A DNA stretch of 64,000 bases. Source: an uncultured Gemmatimonadota bacterium (GTDB lineage: Bacteria > Gemmatimonadota > Gemmatimonadetes > Palauibacterales > Palauibacteraceae). Under the pieces are notes generated by a model, which made no database searches, was not told the DNA's origin, and worked only from the letters and a program-made list of their open reading frames with translations. The stretch lies in contig CAZCLY010000008.1 of the NCBI GenBank assembly GCA_964499635.1, positions 127,699-191,698 of the forward strand. The letters run 5' to 3'. Position numbers and translations under genes: made by a program. Below are positions 10,618-20,860 of this stretch, piece after piece (positions within the stretch are counted from its first letter, which is position 1; every line of letters starts with the position of its first letter).

Positions 10618-11508
10618 TCAGGCGGTGGCCCGCCAGAACCCTTCCAGAGCCTCGCCGTCCGGCGACGCGCGCAGCTTGTCGAACGCGCGGTTGCGGATCT
10701 GGCGAATGCGCTCGCGGGTGACGCCGAGCAGCGAGCCGATCTCCTCGAGGGTCATCTCCTCGCCGTCGTCGAGCCCGTAGTACAGAACCAGGATCTTCCG
10801 CTCGCGCTCGGTCAGGTAGCGCTCGAACATCCTCTCGAGGAACTCGCGGCGGGCCTGACCCTCCACGTCCTCCTCGATGTCCGCGTCGTCCATCCCGGCG
10901 AAGCGCTCGCCGAAGGAGGCCGAGTCGCGGTCGGACTTGTCGAGCGGTGCGTCGAGCGACAGCTCGGCGGACGCGACGCGGCGCAGGGCGCGCACCGTCT
11001 CGACCGGCTCCTCCATCGTCTCGGCGATCTCACGGTCCGTGGGGGAGCGTCCGAGCTTCTGCGTGAGGGCCGTCTCGGTGCGGGACAGCTTGACCAGATT
11101 GGAATTCTGGTTGAGCGGGATGCGCACCGAACGGGTCTGCTCCGCCAGCGCCTGGAGCACCGTCTGGCGGATCCACCACACCGCGTACGAGATGAACTTG
11201 ACGCCCTTGTCGGGGTCGAACTTCTTGACCGCCTTGAGCAGTCCCTCGTTTCCAATGCAGACCAGCTCCGCGAGGTTGAGCCCACGCCCCTGGTACTTCT
11301 TCACGTACGAGATGACGAAGCGGAGGTTGGCCGTGACCAGTCGCTCCGCGGCCTCGCGATCACCGGCTCGTGCCCGGCGCGCGATCTCCCGCTCGGTCTT
11401 GGGGTCCGCGATCAGCGGATAGCGCTCGACGTCCTGCAGATACTGGTCGAACGAGTCGAGGGCACGCGAATCGAAGAACATGCGCCGCCGTCGTCCGGTA
11501 TTGGCCAT
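10618..11508 (-). CDS. RNA polymerase sigma factor, sigma-70 family (regions 1.2/2/3/4; group 2/3-like).
   Basis: A region 2 stretch NLRFVISYVKKY...GLLKAVKKFDPDKGVKFISYAVWWIRQ and region 4 EEIGSLLGVTRERIRQIRNRA are present. Confidence 0.82.
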   Translation of the reverse strand: MANTGRRRRMFFDSRALDSFDQYLQDVERYPLIADPKTEREIARRARAGDREAAERLVTANLRFVISYVKKYQGRGLNLAELVCIGNEGLLKAVKKFDPDKGVKFISYAVWWIRQTVLQALAEQTRSVRIPLNQNSNLVKLSRTETALTQKLGRSPTDREIAETMEEPVETVRALRRVASAELSLDAPLDKSDRDSASFGERFAGMDDADIEEDVEGQARREFLERMFERYLTERERKILVLYYGLDDGEEMTLEEIGSLLGVTRERIRQIRNRAFDKLRASPDGEALEGFWRATA

Positions 11509-11653
11509 ATCAGAATGTACGATCCGGGATGCAGGGTCCTGACCGGGACACGCGTTCCGCGTCCGGCCCAGCTTGATACAAACTTGATAACATAGGGTTC
11601 CCGTTCCGTTTCCGCACGTCCGAAACGGCTTCCGGCCCGGCGCGCGGGCCCGG

Positions 11654-11778
11654 TCAGCCCGTGTGTCCGGCCTCTTCGCGCCCGATGCGCCGCTCCAGAC
11701 GCCGGAGACGCCACACATACCCCACGATCGATGCGAGGGTCAGGCCATAGCCGGCCACGATGAAGGGCAGGGGGTTCA
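11654..11778 (-). CDS. ccmD: Heme exporter protein D (CcmD).
   Basis: A 41-aa single TM helix followed by RLRRLERR, ATGA-coupled to the ccmC stop. Confidence 0.5.
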
Positions 11779-12438
11779 TCGCTCGCGCTCCGGTCCGGCC
11801 AGCTCCAGCGCGAGCTCGCGCTCGGCCAGCCTGTAACGTCGGAGGACCAGGTACGCGAAGGCGATCGTGTACGCCACCACGTTGAGGAGCAGCACGCCTC
11901 CGATGCTCGAGGCCATCGAGCGTGGCGAAGACGGGGGCTGGTGCAGGCTCCGCCACCAGAACACCGACAGGTACACGATCGGCACCTGGACGAATGCGAT
12001 CACCCCGATGACCGCCGACCAGCGCGCGCGTTGATCGGGATCCTCGGTCATCGAGCGTACGATCAGGTATCCGACGTAGATGATGAGGAGGATCGCGGTG
12101 GTCGTCAGGCGCGGATCCCAGGTCCACCAGATCCCCCACGTGGGTCGGGCCCACAGCGACCCGACGACGAGCGTCACGGCCGTGCACAGGACGCCCACCT
12201 CGGCGCTCGCGAACGCCACCAGGTCCCACGCGAGCCTGCGCTGCACGAGGTACAGCGTGCTCATCAGGAAGACCACGAAGAAGGAGCACATGGCCACCCA
12301 GGCGGTGGGGACGTGCACGTACAGCAGGCGCTGCACGTCTCCCTGGAGCCGATCAGCGGGAGCCGCGAACAGCCCGAGGAGCGTTCCGGCGGCCACGCTC
12401 ACGAGCGCGAGGATCCCCAGGGTTCGTTGCCAGTTCAC
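11776..12438 (-). CDS. ccmC: Heme exporter protein C (CcmC).
   Basis: A WWD domain (WGIWWTWDPRLT) and a conserved YVHVP. The start is ambiguous between GTG 12438 and GTG 12477. Confidence 0.82.
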   Translation of the reverse strand: MNWQRTLGILALVSVAAGTLLGLFAAPADRLQGDVQRLLYVHVPTAWVAMCSFFVVFLMSTLYLVQRRLAWDLVAFASAEVGVLCTAVTLVVGSLWARPTWGIWWTWDPRLTTTAILLIIYVGYLIVRSMTEDPDQRARWSAVIGVIAFVQVPIVYLSVFWWRSLHQPPSSPRSMASSIGGVLLLNVVAYTIAFAYLVLRRYRLAERELALELAGPERER

Positions 12439-12442
12439 GCCT

Positions 12443-13111
12443 TCATTCCTCCAGGACGATCGGGAAGATCCACACACAGACCACGAACAGTATCACGTCG
12501 TAGGCGGTGAGCAATCGAATCCACCCTCCCGCCCGTCCGAGAGCATCACCCGCCAGGACGGCGTCGGTGGCGCCCACCGCTCCGAGCACGATCGGGACGA
12601 GGGCCGGGAACAGGAGGAGCGGGAGGAGCAGCTCACGGGCCCGGAGGTGGACGGTGAGGGCCGAGAAGAAGGTGCCGACGATGGAGAAGCCCCCGGTGCC
12701 GAGGACCGCGACCGCCGCCAGCGGGAGGGCGTGCGAGCCCAGATCGGCCTGGAAGAGGATCTCGGTCGCCGGGAACAGCACGGCCTCGAGCGCGGCTAGC
12801 AGGACGAGGTTCGCCGCCAGCTTGCCGAGGTAGATGGCCCTGGGGTCCCCGGGGTAGAGTCGGAGCAGCCGGACGCCGCCCGCGAGCTCCTCGCTCTGGA
12901 ACGCCCGACCCAACGCCAGGGTGCCGGTGAATACGATGGCCACCCACAGGAGCCCGCCCGCCAGCCGGGCCAGGAGCTCGGTCTCGGGGCCGATCGCGAA
13001 GCTGAACAGGAAGAGGACCAGGGCGGCGAACGACAGCATGGCGCTGAACCCCTGCCGGGTGCGGAGCTCCGTCAAGAGGTCTTTCCACAGGATCGCGCCC
13101 GCGCGCCGCAT
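12443..13111 (-). CDS. ccmB: Heme exporter protein B (CcmB).
   Basis: A 222-aa polytopic protein starting MRRAGAILWKDLLTELR, lying between ccmA and ccmC. Confidence 0.78.
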   Translation of the reverse strand: MRRAGAILWKDLLTELRTRQGFSAMLSFAALVLFLFSFAIGPETELLARLAGGLLWVAIVFTGTLALGRAFQSEELAGGVRLLRLYPGDPRAIYLGKLAANLVLLAALEAVLFPATEILFQADLGSHALPLAAVAVLGTGGFSIVGTFFSALTVHLRARELLLPLLLFPALVPIVLGAVGATDAVLAGDALGRAGGWIRLLTAYDVILFVVCVWIFPIVLEE

Positions 13112-13119
13112 GATCCCGC

Positions 13120-13779
13120 TCACGCCGACCCGCCTTCCGCCATGACCGAGCCGCGTTCCAGACGCACGACGCGGTCGGCCTGCCGACGGGCGTCGTCCAC
13201 GCGGTGCGAGGCCAGGATCACCGCGGCACCCGCCGCCTTCCAGTCGGCGATCGCCTCCTGCACGAGGGCGACTCCGGCCTCGTCGAGGCTCGTGAACGGC
13301 TCGTCGAGCAGGACCAGATCGAGCCGCCTGAGGCCCACGCGCGCGAGCTCGAGCCGCTTCCGCATTCCGGTGGAGTAGGAGCGTGTCGGCTGGTCGGCCA
13401 CGTCGGCGAGGCCCACCCTCGCGAGCGCCTCGCGCACCCCCTCCGTCGCGAGCGTGCCCCCCGCCATACGGGCGGCGAAGCGGAGGTTCTCGGCCCCCGT
13501 GAGCTCCTCGTACGTGTGCCCCGCCGGCGTCATGAGCGCCGCGCGTCCACGGATGGAGTCTCCCCCGCGCCGGACATCCACCCCGAGCACCTCGACCGTC
13601 CCCGCCGTGGGCCGGAGCAGTGTGGCCAGGACCCGGAGGAGCGTGGTCTTTCCGGTGCCGTTCGCGCCCAGTAGCGCACACACCTCGCCCCTCGCCACCT
13701 CGAGGTCGATGCCGCGCAGCGCCCAGCGCCGTCCGAAGCGGCGGGTGAGCCCGGCGGTCCGCACGGCCGGCCCGCTCAC
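13120..13779 (-). CDS. ccmA: Heme exporter ATP-binding protein (CcmA).
   Basis: Walker A GANGTGKTT, a YSTGMRKRLELAR signature, and Walker B LVLLDEP. Confidence 0.8.
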   Translation of the reverse strand: MSGPAVRTAGLTRRFGRRWALRGIDLEVARGEVCALLGANGTGKTTLLRVLATLLRPTAGTVEVLGVDVRRGGDSIRGRAALMTPAGHTYEELTGAENLRFAARMAGGTLATEGVREALARVGLADVADQPTRSYSTGMRKRLELARVGLRRLDLVLLDEPFTSLDEAGVALVQEAIADWKAAGAAVILASHRVDDARRQADRVVRLERGSVMAEGGSA

Positions 13780-13820
13780 CGGCGGGCGCTCGCTGGCCGG
13801 GGGCGGAGTCCGCTCATACG

Positions 13821-15035
13821 TTGGCGCGCATGCGACTCGACCTCATCCGCGGGCTGGCGCAGCCGGCCGACACCAAGGTCCTCCTGTTCGTCCTCGACGG
13901 TCTCGGGGGGCTTCCGCTCGAGCCCGGTGGACCGACGGAGCTCGAGGCCGCCCGGACCCCCCACCTGGACGAGCTCGCCCGCGTTGGCACGTGCGGGCTC
14001 CACGAGCCCGTTGCCGCCGGGATCACTCCCGGCTCCGGTCCCGGTCACCTCGCGCTGTTCGGGTACGACCCGCTCGTGTACGAGACCGGTCGCGGCGTGC
14101 TGGAAGCGCTGGGGATCGAGTTCCCGCTCGAGCCGAACGACATCGCGCTGCGCGCCAACTTCTGCACGGTCGACGCGGACGGCATCATCACCGACCGACG
14201 CGCCGGCCGCATCTCGACGGAGGAGGCGGCGCCGCTCGCCGAGCTGCTCGACGGCATCGAGTGCTCGGGGGCCGAGTGCTTCGTCCGGCACGTGAAGGAG
14301 CACCGATTCCTGCTCGTGCTCCGCCCCGACCAGGCGCTCGGGGCCGCGGTCCACGACACGGATCCGGGACGCCCCGGCGAAGCGCCGCTCGAGCCGCGGG
14401 CGCTGGACGCCGCGTCCGAGCCGGCGGCGCGGCTGATGTCGTCGTGGCTGAAGGCGGCCCGCGAGCGGCTGGCCGACCAGCCGCGGGCCAACATGGCCCT
14501 CCTGCGCGGCGCTTCGCGCCTCCCGGAGTGGCCGCGCTTCGGGGACGTGTTCGGCATGCGCGCCTCGGCCACGGCCGCGTACCCCATGTACCGCGGGGTG
14601 GCGCGTCTGGTCGGGATGGACGCCGGTTCGGTGCCCGAAGGCGCCGACAGCCTCGCCGCCGAGTACCGCCGCCGGTTCGACGACTTCGACTTCCACTTCC
14701 TCCACTTCAAGCCGCCCGACAAGGCGGGCGAGGACGGGGACTTCGATCGCAAGGTGGCCGCGATCGAGGAGGCGGACCGTATCGTCCCGGCGCTCATGGA
14801 GTTGGGCCCCGACGTGGTGATCGTGACCGGCGACCACTCCACTCCGGCGCTCCTCCGCAGCCACAGCTGGCACCCCGTGCCGTTTCTCGTACACGGCGGC
14901 GCGGCGCGCAACGACGACGCCGGCTCGTTCGGTGAGACGGCCTGCGCCGGCGGGGCGCTCGGCCTCAGGCGCGGTCGCGAGCTCCTGCCGCTCGCGGCGG
15001 CGCGGGCCGGCCGGCTGGCCAAGTTCGGGGCCTGA
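13821..15035 (+). CDS. apgM: Cofactor-independent phosphoglycerate mutase, archaeal type (ApgM).
   Basis: Alkaline-phosphatase superfamily features LFVLDGLGG and a C-terminal VTGDHSTP, at ~400 aa. Confidence 0.72.
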   Translation: MARMRLDLIRGLAQPADTKVLLFVLDGLGGLPLEPGGPTELEAARTPHLDELARVGTCGLHEPVAAGITPGSGPGHLALFGYDPLVYETGRGVLEALGIEFPLEPNDIALRANFCTVDADGIITDRRAGRISTEEAAPLAELLDGIECSGAECFVRHVKEHRFLLVLRPDQALGAAVHDTDPGRPGEAPLEPRALDAASEPAARLMSSWLKAARERLADQPRANMALLRGASRLPEWPRFGDVFGMRASATAAYPMYRGVARLVGMDAGSVPEGADSLAAEYRRRFDDFDFHFLHFKPPDKAGEDGDFDRKVAAIEEADRIVPALMELGPDVVIVTGDHSTPALLRSHSWHPVPFLVHGGAARNDDAGSFGETACAGGALGLRRGRELLPLAAARAGRLAKFGA

Positions 15036-15103
15036 CGCGCGAACGGCCCGACCGTCCGCAGGGCGGACGACCGGGCCGCGAAGGACAGGGCCGGGTCGGG
15101 GCT

Positions 15104-15445
15104 TCAAGCCGTCGAGCGGGCCTCGTCGGCGTACTCGATGCCGGCGCCTCCCATGGCGACCCCCGTGCCGACCGTGATGACTCCGAACACGAGGTCGTTG
15201 AACAGCCCCTGCGCGTTCGACAGGTATCCGTGCAGGAAGGGCGAGAACATGCTGTAGGCGCCCACGGCGATCAGGAACCAGCCGCTGAACCGGTTGATCC
15301 CCAGGTTGAACGAGATCGTAACCACGATGATGGCCGCGCCGAGCACGACGCTGTGCCACCACAGGAACCCGACCGGATAGCCCCAGATGAACGGGGCCGC
15401 CATGTACCACAGCCCCAGCCCGATTCCAATGAAACGTGACGCCAT
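15104..15445 (-). CDS. Small polytopic membrane protein (SPW-repeat-like).
   Basis: Four predicted TM helices, with SPF/PF motifs inside the helices. Confidence 0.45.
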   Translation of the reverse strand: MASRFIGIGLGLWYMAAPFIWGYPVGFLWWHSVVLGAAIIVVTISFNLGINRFSGWFLIAVGAYSMFSPFLHGYLSNAQGLFNDLVFGVITVGTGVAMGGAGIEYADEARSTA

Positions 15446-15637
15446 CGGCCTCTCTCGGGTGCGCGTGCCGCCCCGCGGCACGTCGCCGCGAGGTCGATCG
15501 ATGCTCGACGCACATGATGCGCCGCCCCACGGCGGCCCGCAAACGGCGGGGTCGGACCGTCGCGCCCGGGGCGACGAAGCGTTTCACCCCGGAGAGGGTG
15601 AGCGCGTCCATCGCGGTCGCACGCCGGCCCGCCGGCG

Positions 15638-18001
15638 TCAGATCTTCGCCCGCCGCAGCCGATTGGCGTTTCCCACCACCGTGATCGAGCTCAGGGCCAT
15701 CGCCGTCTCGGCGATCGCCGGGTGGAGGAGGCCCAGGAAGGCCACCGGGATGGCCACCACGTTGTAGAAGTATGCCCAGAACAGGTTCTGGCGGATCTTC
15801 CGGAACGTGGCGCGCGCGAGCCGCGTGGCGCGCAGGACGGCGGCCAGATCGCCGCGCACCAGGGTGATGTCGGCCGACTCGATCGCGATGTCCGTCCCCG
15901 TGCCCACCGCGATCCCCACGTTCGCGCTCTTGAGCGCCGGGGCATCGTTGATGCCGTCCCCGATGAACGCCACCGTGCGGCCGCGCGCCTGAAGGTCGCG
16001 CACGATCTCCACCTTCTGCTCCGGGAGGAGTCGGGCCCGGTAATCGTCGATCCCGAGCCTGTCGGCCACCGCCGCCGCGGTGCGCTCGTTGTCGCCGGTG
16101 AGCATGACGGTGCGGTACCCCAGGTCGCGCAGCTCGGCGAGGGTCCGGGCCGCGTCCTCCTTCACCGGGTCCGCGATGGCGAGTAGGGCGAGCGGCTCGC
16201 GGTCGGCGGCCACGAACACGACCGTGTGCCCGGAAGTCTCGAGCGCGCCCGCCCGCTCGAGGGCCGGCCCGAGCTCGACCCCTTCGTCGGCGAACAGCCG
16301 CTCGCTTCCCACGAGGACTCGTCGGCCATCGACCCGTCCCCGCACGCCGCGGCCGACCACCGCTTCCACGTCATCGGCCCCCGGCACATCGATGCCCCGC
16401 TCGCGGGCCTCGGTGACCACCGCGCGGGCGAGGGGGTGCTCCGACAGGCGCTCGAGCGCGGCCGCCAGTCGCAGGGCCTCCAGGGTCCCGCGATCCGCAT
16501 CGCCGTCGGGGTCCTGCGCCACGCCGGCCGCGCGTCCCGGGCCGGCGGCGTGGCCGCTCGCGACCGTCTCGATCGTCCGGCCCGCGGACACGGCGTGCAC
16601 CTCGATCACGCGCGGCTCGCCCCGCGTCAGCGTGCCCGTCTTGTCGAAAACCAGCGTGTCCGCCGACTCGAGCGTCTGGATCGCGGCGCCGTCGCGGATG
16701 AGGATCCCGCGCTGCGCTCCCAGCCCCGTTCCGACCATGAGGGCCGTCGGCGTGGCCAACCCCAGTGCGCAGGGACAGGCGATCACCAGCACGGCCACGG
16801 CCGCGAACACGGCCAGCGACACAGGGCCGATACCGGGGTTCACCCACGGGAGGAACGCGGCGGCCCACCCGGCCACCGCGCCCAACGCGGACGGGAACGC
16901 GAGCCAACTCACCAGCGCGACCGCCGCCACGACGAGGATCGTGGGGACGAAGATCGCCGTCACCCGATCGGCAAACTCCTGAATGGGGACCTTGCTCGCC
17001 TGCGCCTCCTCGACCATGCGGACCACGTTGGCCAGGAACGTGTCCTCGCCGACGCCCGTGGCCCGCACGCGCAGCACCCCCTGCCGGTTGACGGTGGCCC
17101 CGATGACCTCATCCCCGGGCTCCTTCTCCACCGGGAGGGACTCACCCGTGGCCAGCGACTCGTCGACCGCGCTGTGGCCCTCGACGACCTCGCCGTCGGT
17201 GGGAATCCTCTCGCCCGGCCGCACGACCATCACGTCGCCGACGCGGACCTCGGACGTGGGCATCTGTCGCTCGTCGCCGTCCCGCTCCACGCGCGCGGTC
17301 GGCGCCTCGAGCGACATCAGGGCCTGGATGGCGGACGACGTGCGGCCTCGTGCCTTCGTCTCGATGAAGCGGCCGGTTAGGTGGATGGCCACGATCATGG
17401 CACCGATCCCGGCGAAGTCCATCACCGGCGGCGCGACGCCCGCCGCGTGGAGGACCGCCCACGCGCCGGTGAGCACGGCGACCCCCGAGCCCATTGCGAT
17501 GAGCACGTCCATGTTTGGAGTCCCGCTCCGGGCCGAGCGGAGGGCGCTCGCCATCGTCTCGCTCCCGGGACCCGCCAGCACCAGGAGGCCCCCCAGCGTC
17601 ATCGCGATGTCGAACACGAGCGCGCTCGGCCATACGACCCCGAACGCCATCTCCGGGATCATCCACAACATCAGGGGAACCGTGATCGCCCACGCGCTCC
17701 ACATGAGCCGTCTGGCCCGCGCGACCTTGCGCTCCGACTCCCTCAGGCGCTCCCGCTCGGCCGCGGCGCGGCTCCCGCCGGGCGCCTCCGGCTCCAGAAG
17801 CTCGTAGCCGGCCCCCTCGACGGCCGCCCGCAGGTCCTCGAACGTCACCGTCTCCTCCGGATAGGTGACCGTGGCGGACTCGGCCGGAAGGCTCACGCTC
17901 GCGCTGACCCCCTCGATGCGCTGGAGGCTCTTCTCCACGGCGGACGAGCACCCGGCGCAGTGCATTCCCTCTACTCGAAAGACTCTCTTCATGTCGGTCA
18001 T
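15638..18001 (-). CDS. copA: Copper-translocating P1B-type ATPase.
   Basis: An N-terminal HMA domain ([15 protein letters not shown]), a CPC motif ([13 protein letters not shown]), the phosphorylation site DKTGTLT, and a GDGINDAP hinge. Confidence 0.9.
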   Translation of the reverse strand: MTDMKRVFRVEGMHCAGCSSAVEKSLQRIEGVSASVSLPAESATVTYPEETVTFEDLRAAVEGAGYELLEPEAPGGSRAAAERERLRESERKVARARRLMWSAWAITVPLMLWMIPEMAFGVVWPSALVFDIAMTLGGLLVLAGPGSETMASALRSARSGTPNMDVLIAMGSGVAVLTGAWAVLHAAGVAPPVMDFAGIGAMIVAIHLTGRFIETKARGRTSSAIQALMSLEAPTARVERDGDERQMPTSEVRVGDVMVVRPGERIPTDGEVVEGHSAVDESLATGESLPVEKEPGDEVIGATVNRQGVLRVRATGVGEDTFLANVVRMVEEAQASKVPIQEFADRVTAIFVPTILVVAAVALVSWLAFPSALGAVAGWAAAFLPWVNPGIGPVSLAVFAAVAVLVIACPCALGLATPTALMVGTGLGAQRGILIRDGAAIQTLESADTLVFDKTGTLTRGEPRVIEVHAVSAGRTIETVASGHAAGPGRAAGVAQDPDGDADRGTLEALRLAAALERLSEHPLARAVVTEARERGIDVPGADDVEAVVGRGVRGRVDGRRVLVGSERLFADEGVELGPALERAGALETSGHTVVFVAADREPLALLAIADPVKEDAARTLAELRDLGYRTVMLTGDNERTAAAVADRLGIDDYRARLLPEQKVEIVRDLQARGRTVAFIGDGINDAPALKSANVGIAVGTGTDIAIESADITLVRGDLAAVLRATRLARATFRKIRQNLFWAYFYNVVAIPVAFLGLLHPAIAETAMALSSITVVGNANRLRRAKI

Positions 18002-18089
18002 GGGCTCATCGTCCTCGACCCGCCCAACCGCGAGGCGGGTGGCGGTTCTCGAGATCTTCCATGCCTCGGCGCACGCACGAGTGGTGGGA

Positions 18090-18404
18090 TCAACGCAGGA
18101 AACGGTGGAACAGGTCCACGACCTCGCGACGGACCTCGGCCGCGGCCTCGCCGCCCTCCTCGATGGCGTGCGTGGCGCAGCGCTCCAGGTGGTTGGTGAG
18201 CAGGATCCTCTCGGCCGAACGCAGGGCGGAATGGACCGCGGCGAACTGGTGGAGGATGTCGGGACAGTAGCGGTCCTCCTCGACCATGCGCGACAGCCCC
18301 TCCACCTGTCCACGGATTCGGGCCAGGCGCCGGCCGAGGTCCGTCTTGGTGGGCTCCGCGATCCCCATCGCGTGTGAGTGGGCCGTGTCGCTCATCGTGG
18401 TCAT
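18090..18404 (-). CDS. csoR: CsoR/RcnR-family metal-sensing transcriptional repressor.
   Basis: The [25 protein letters not shown]...H...C signature, ~104 aa, sitting immediately upstream of copA. Confidence 0.8.
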   Translation of the reverse strand: MTTMSDTAHSHAMGIAEPTKTDLGRRLARIRGQVEGLSRMVEEDRYCPDILHQFAAVHSALRSAERILLTNHLERCATHAIEEGGEAAAEVRREVVDLFHRFLR

Positions 18405-18468
18405 CGTGTCTCCCCGCGTCCGTCGTGGACGATCCGGCTCGTTCCGCCCCGTGCAGCTTGCATATACT

Positions 18469-18485
18469 ATACCCATGTATGGTAT
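18469..18485. promoter_or_regulatory. Putative CsoR operator in the csoR-copA promoter.
   Basis: ATACCCATGTATGGTAT is a GC-core inverted repeat (ATACC-N7-GGTAT) inside the only AT-rich island (catatactatacccatgtatggtatg) of this intergenic region. It closely resembles the Bacillus CsoR site ATACCCTACGGGGGTAT. Confidence 0.55.
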
Positions 18486-18568
18486 GTCGGATCCAGCGCC
18501 CGGGGACGCCGCGGAGGCCGGCCCCTGGCGCTGGACGGGCGGGACCGGCGGCCCGTAAACTTCCCGCC

Positions 18569-19237
18569 ATGTTCGAACGCATCAGGCGCATGCTCGACCA
18601 GGCCCTCGACCACCTGGAGTCGAAGATCGACGACGTGTCGGATGACGACGTCGACCGGCTGATCCGGGCCATGCGCGACGAGCTGGTCGAGACGAAGGCG
18701 CGGGTGCCCGAGCTCGAGTCGCTGCTCCAGTCGCAGATCCGGCAGGCGGACCGCGAGAAGGAGCAGGCGCGGGTGGCGGATCGCCGCGCCGCGCAGGCGG
18801 AGGAGATCGGCGACACGGAGACGGTGGAGGTGGCGCGGCGCTTCGCGGCGCAGCACCGGCAGCGTCTCGAGGTGCTGGTCATGAAGGCCGAGACGACCCG
18901 CGCCGACATCCTCCAGACGCGCGACGAAGTGGGTCAGATGACCGAGCAGCTCAAGGAGGCCATGGCGCGGCGCGACTCGCTCGGCGTCCAGCAGCGGCGC
19001 GCGAAGGCGATCGAGAACCGCGGCTCGCGCTTCGACTCGGTCGACGCCTTCGATCGCATGGCCGAGAAGATGGAGGGCGCCTCCGACGTCGACGAGGCCC
19101 GCCGCGAGCTCGATAGGGATCTCGACCCGCTCTCCGAGCCTCCCCGCCGGGACTACAACACGGAGCGCGGGATCCGGGAGGCGAACGCGGAGGAGATGCT
19201 CCGCGAGCTCAAGCGTCGCATGGGCGCGGACGAGTAG
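18569..19237 (+). CDS. pspA: PspA/IM30-family protein.
   Basis: A coiled-coil protein of ~220 aa starting MFERIRRMLDQALDHLESKIDD, a typical PspA N-terminus. Confidence 0.78.
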   Translation: MFERIRRMLDQALDHLESKIDDVSDDDVDRLIRAMRDELVETKARVPELESLLQSQIRQADREKEQARVADRRAAQAEEIGDTETVEVARRFAAQHRQRLEVLVMKAETTRADILQTRDEVGQMTEQLKEAMARRDSLGVQQRRAKAIENRGSRFDSVDAFDRMAEKMEGASDVDEARRELDRDLDPLSEPPRRDYNTERGIREANAEEMLRELKRRMGADE

Positions 19238-19357
19238 CCTGGACCGCACGGGGGCCCTCCGGCCCCGATCGCGCCCGCGCCGCCGCGGGTCGCGGGGGTA
19301 CGCGAGCCACTCCGGCGCGCCGCACGTGGGCCCCGACACGCGAGGATCGGAGATTCC

Positions 19358-20851
19358 ATGAACCTGCTCGTCGCCGCGGTCATCCTCTACCCACTCGTGC
19401 TCATCGCGATCGGGGTCTGGCGCTCGCGCTCGGTCAAGAGCCACGAGGACTTCATGGTCGCGGGCCGCAACGTTCCCGTGACGCTCCTCGTCGGCACCCT
19501 GGTGTGCACGTGGATCGGCTCGGGGTCGCTGTTCGGGGGCGCGGGACTCGCATACCGGTCGGGGATCGCGGAGCTGTGGTTCTCCTCGGGCGGCTGGATC
19601 GGCCTCCTGGTGGCCTTCTACCTCGCCCCCCGCGTCCGCTCGATCGCCAAGTACACCGTCCCGGACCTGCTCGAGCAGCGCTACAACGCGACCGCGCGCG
19701 TCCTCGGGACGGTGGCCATCATACTCGCCTACGTCACCATCGCCGCGTACCAGTTTCGCGGCGGCGGCTGGATCCTCACCATCGTGACCGACGGGGCCAT
19801 CTCGCCCACCCTCGGGATGCTCATCACGGCAGGAGTGGTCATCCTGTTCACGGCCCTCGCCGGGATGGTGTCGATCGTCACCGTGGACGTGTTCAATGGC
19901 ATCATCATCACGCTCGGCGTCCTGTTCGCGCTCCCGTACATGGTGTTCTCCAACGGGGGGGTGGGGGCGGTCGCCGCGGCCCTGCCGGCCGGTCACACCT
20001 CGGTGCTCGGGGGCCACAACGTCCTGTGGGTCCTGGGCGTCGCCATGCCGACGTTCCTCCTCATCCTGGGGGAGAGCGGCATGTACCAGAAGTTCTTCTC
20101 CGCGAAGGACGAGTCGGCGGCCCGGAAGGCGGTGGTGGGGATGCTCGCGGGCATCGTGATCATCGAGACGGCGATCGCCCTCATCGGCGTGGTGGGCGCC
20201 GCCGTGTACCCCGAGCTGGCCAGCGCGACCTGGATGGGGGGCCGCGACGCCTCGGAGACGGTGGTCCTCCACCTGGCCCGCAACGGGCTTCCCATCGCCG
20301 GCGGCGCCATCCTGCTCTCCTCTGCCATCGCGATCGTGCTGTCGACCGGGAACACCTTCCTGCTCGTCCCGTCGACGAACGTCAGCCGCGACATCTACGA
20401 GCGCTTCATCGACCCCGAGGCATCCGAGTCGCGCAAGCTCCTCTTCCAGCGCGTGTTCGTGCTGCTGTTCGGCGCCCTGGGGCTCGTGCTGCTCACGCAG
20501 TTCAACAGCGTGCTCGCCATGGCGCTGTACGCGTACTCGCTCGTGGGGGCCAGCCTCACTCCGGCCCTGCTGGCGGCGTTCCTGTGGAAGCGTGTCACGC
20601 CGCAGGGCGGCGTGGCGTGCATCGCGGGCGGGCTGGGGAGCATCGTCGGCGTGAAGCTCCTCTCGAGTCTCGGGGTGAGCTTCAGCGCCACCATCGGGGG
20701 GACGGCGTTCGACTTCGCGTCCAGCGACTACATCGTCATCCCGGGCGTGCTGATCTCGATGACTCTCCTCGTGGTCGTGAGCCTCGCGACGGCGCCCTCG
20801 CCCGAGGAGAAGTGGGCCCCGTTCTTCCAGCGGCGCCCCGAGCCCCTGTAG
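19358..20851 (+). CDS. Sodium:solute symporter family (SSS) transporter.
   Basis: About 13 TM helices with an SSS signature region GSGSLFGGAGLAYRSG. Confidence 0.82.
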   Translation: MNLLVAAVILYPLVLIAIGVWRSRSVKSHEDFMVAGRNVPVTLLVGTLVCTWIGSGSLFGGAGLAYRSGIAELWFSSGGWIGLLVAFYLAPRVRSIAKYTVPDLLEQRYNATARVLGTVAIILAYVTIAAYQFRGGGWILTIVTDGAISPTLGMLITAGVVILFTALAGMVSIVTVDVFNGIIITLGVLFALPYMVFSNGGVGAVAAALPAGHTSVLGGHNVLWVLGVAMPTFLLILGESGMYQKFFSAKDESAARKAVVGMLAGIVIIETAIALIGVVGAAVYPELASATWMGGRDASETVVLHLARNGLPIAGGAILLSSAIAIVLSTGNTFLLVPSTNVSRDIYERFIDPEASESRKLLFQRVFVLLFGALGLVLLTQFNSVLAMALYAYSLVGASLTPALLAAFLWKRVTPQGGVACIAGGLGSIVGVKLLSSLGVSFSATIGGTAFDFASSDYIVIPGVLISMTLLVVVSLATAPSPEEKWAPFFQRRPEPL

Positions 20852-20860
20852 GGGGCGCCG

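Noticed and set aside
18002-18089. The hairpin CCCGCC-N10-GGCGGG between csoR and copA, as a possible attenuator.
   Set aside because: It is short and GC-generic, with no U-tract. It is probably just intercistronic structure.
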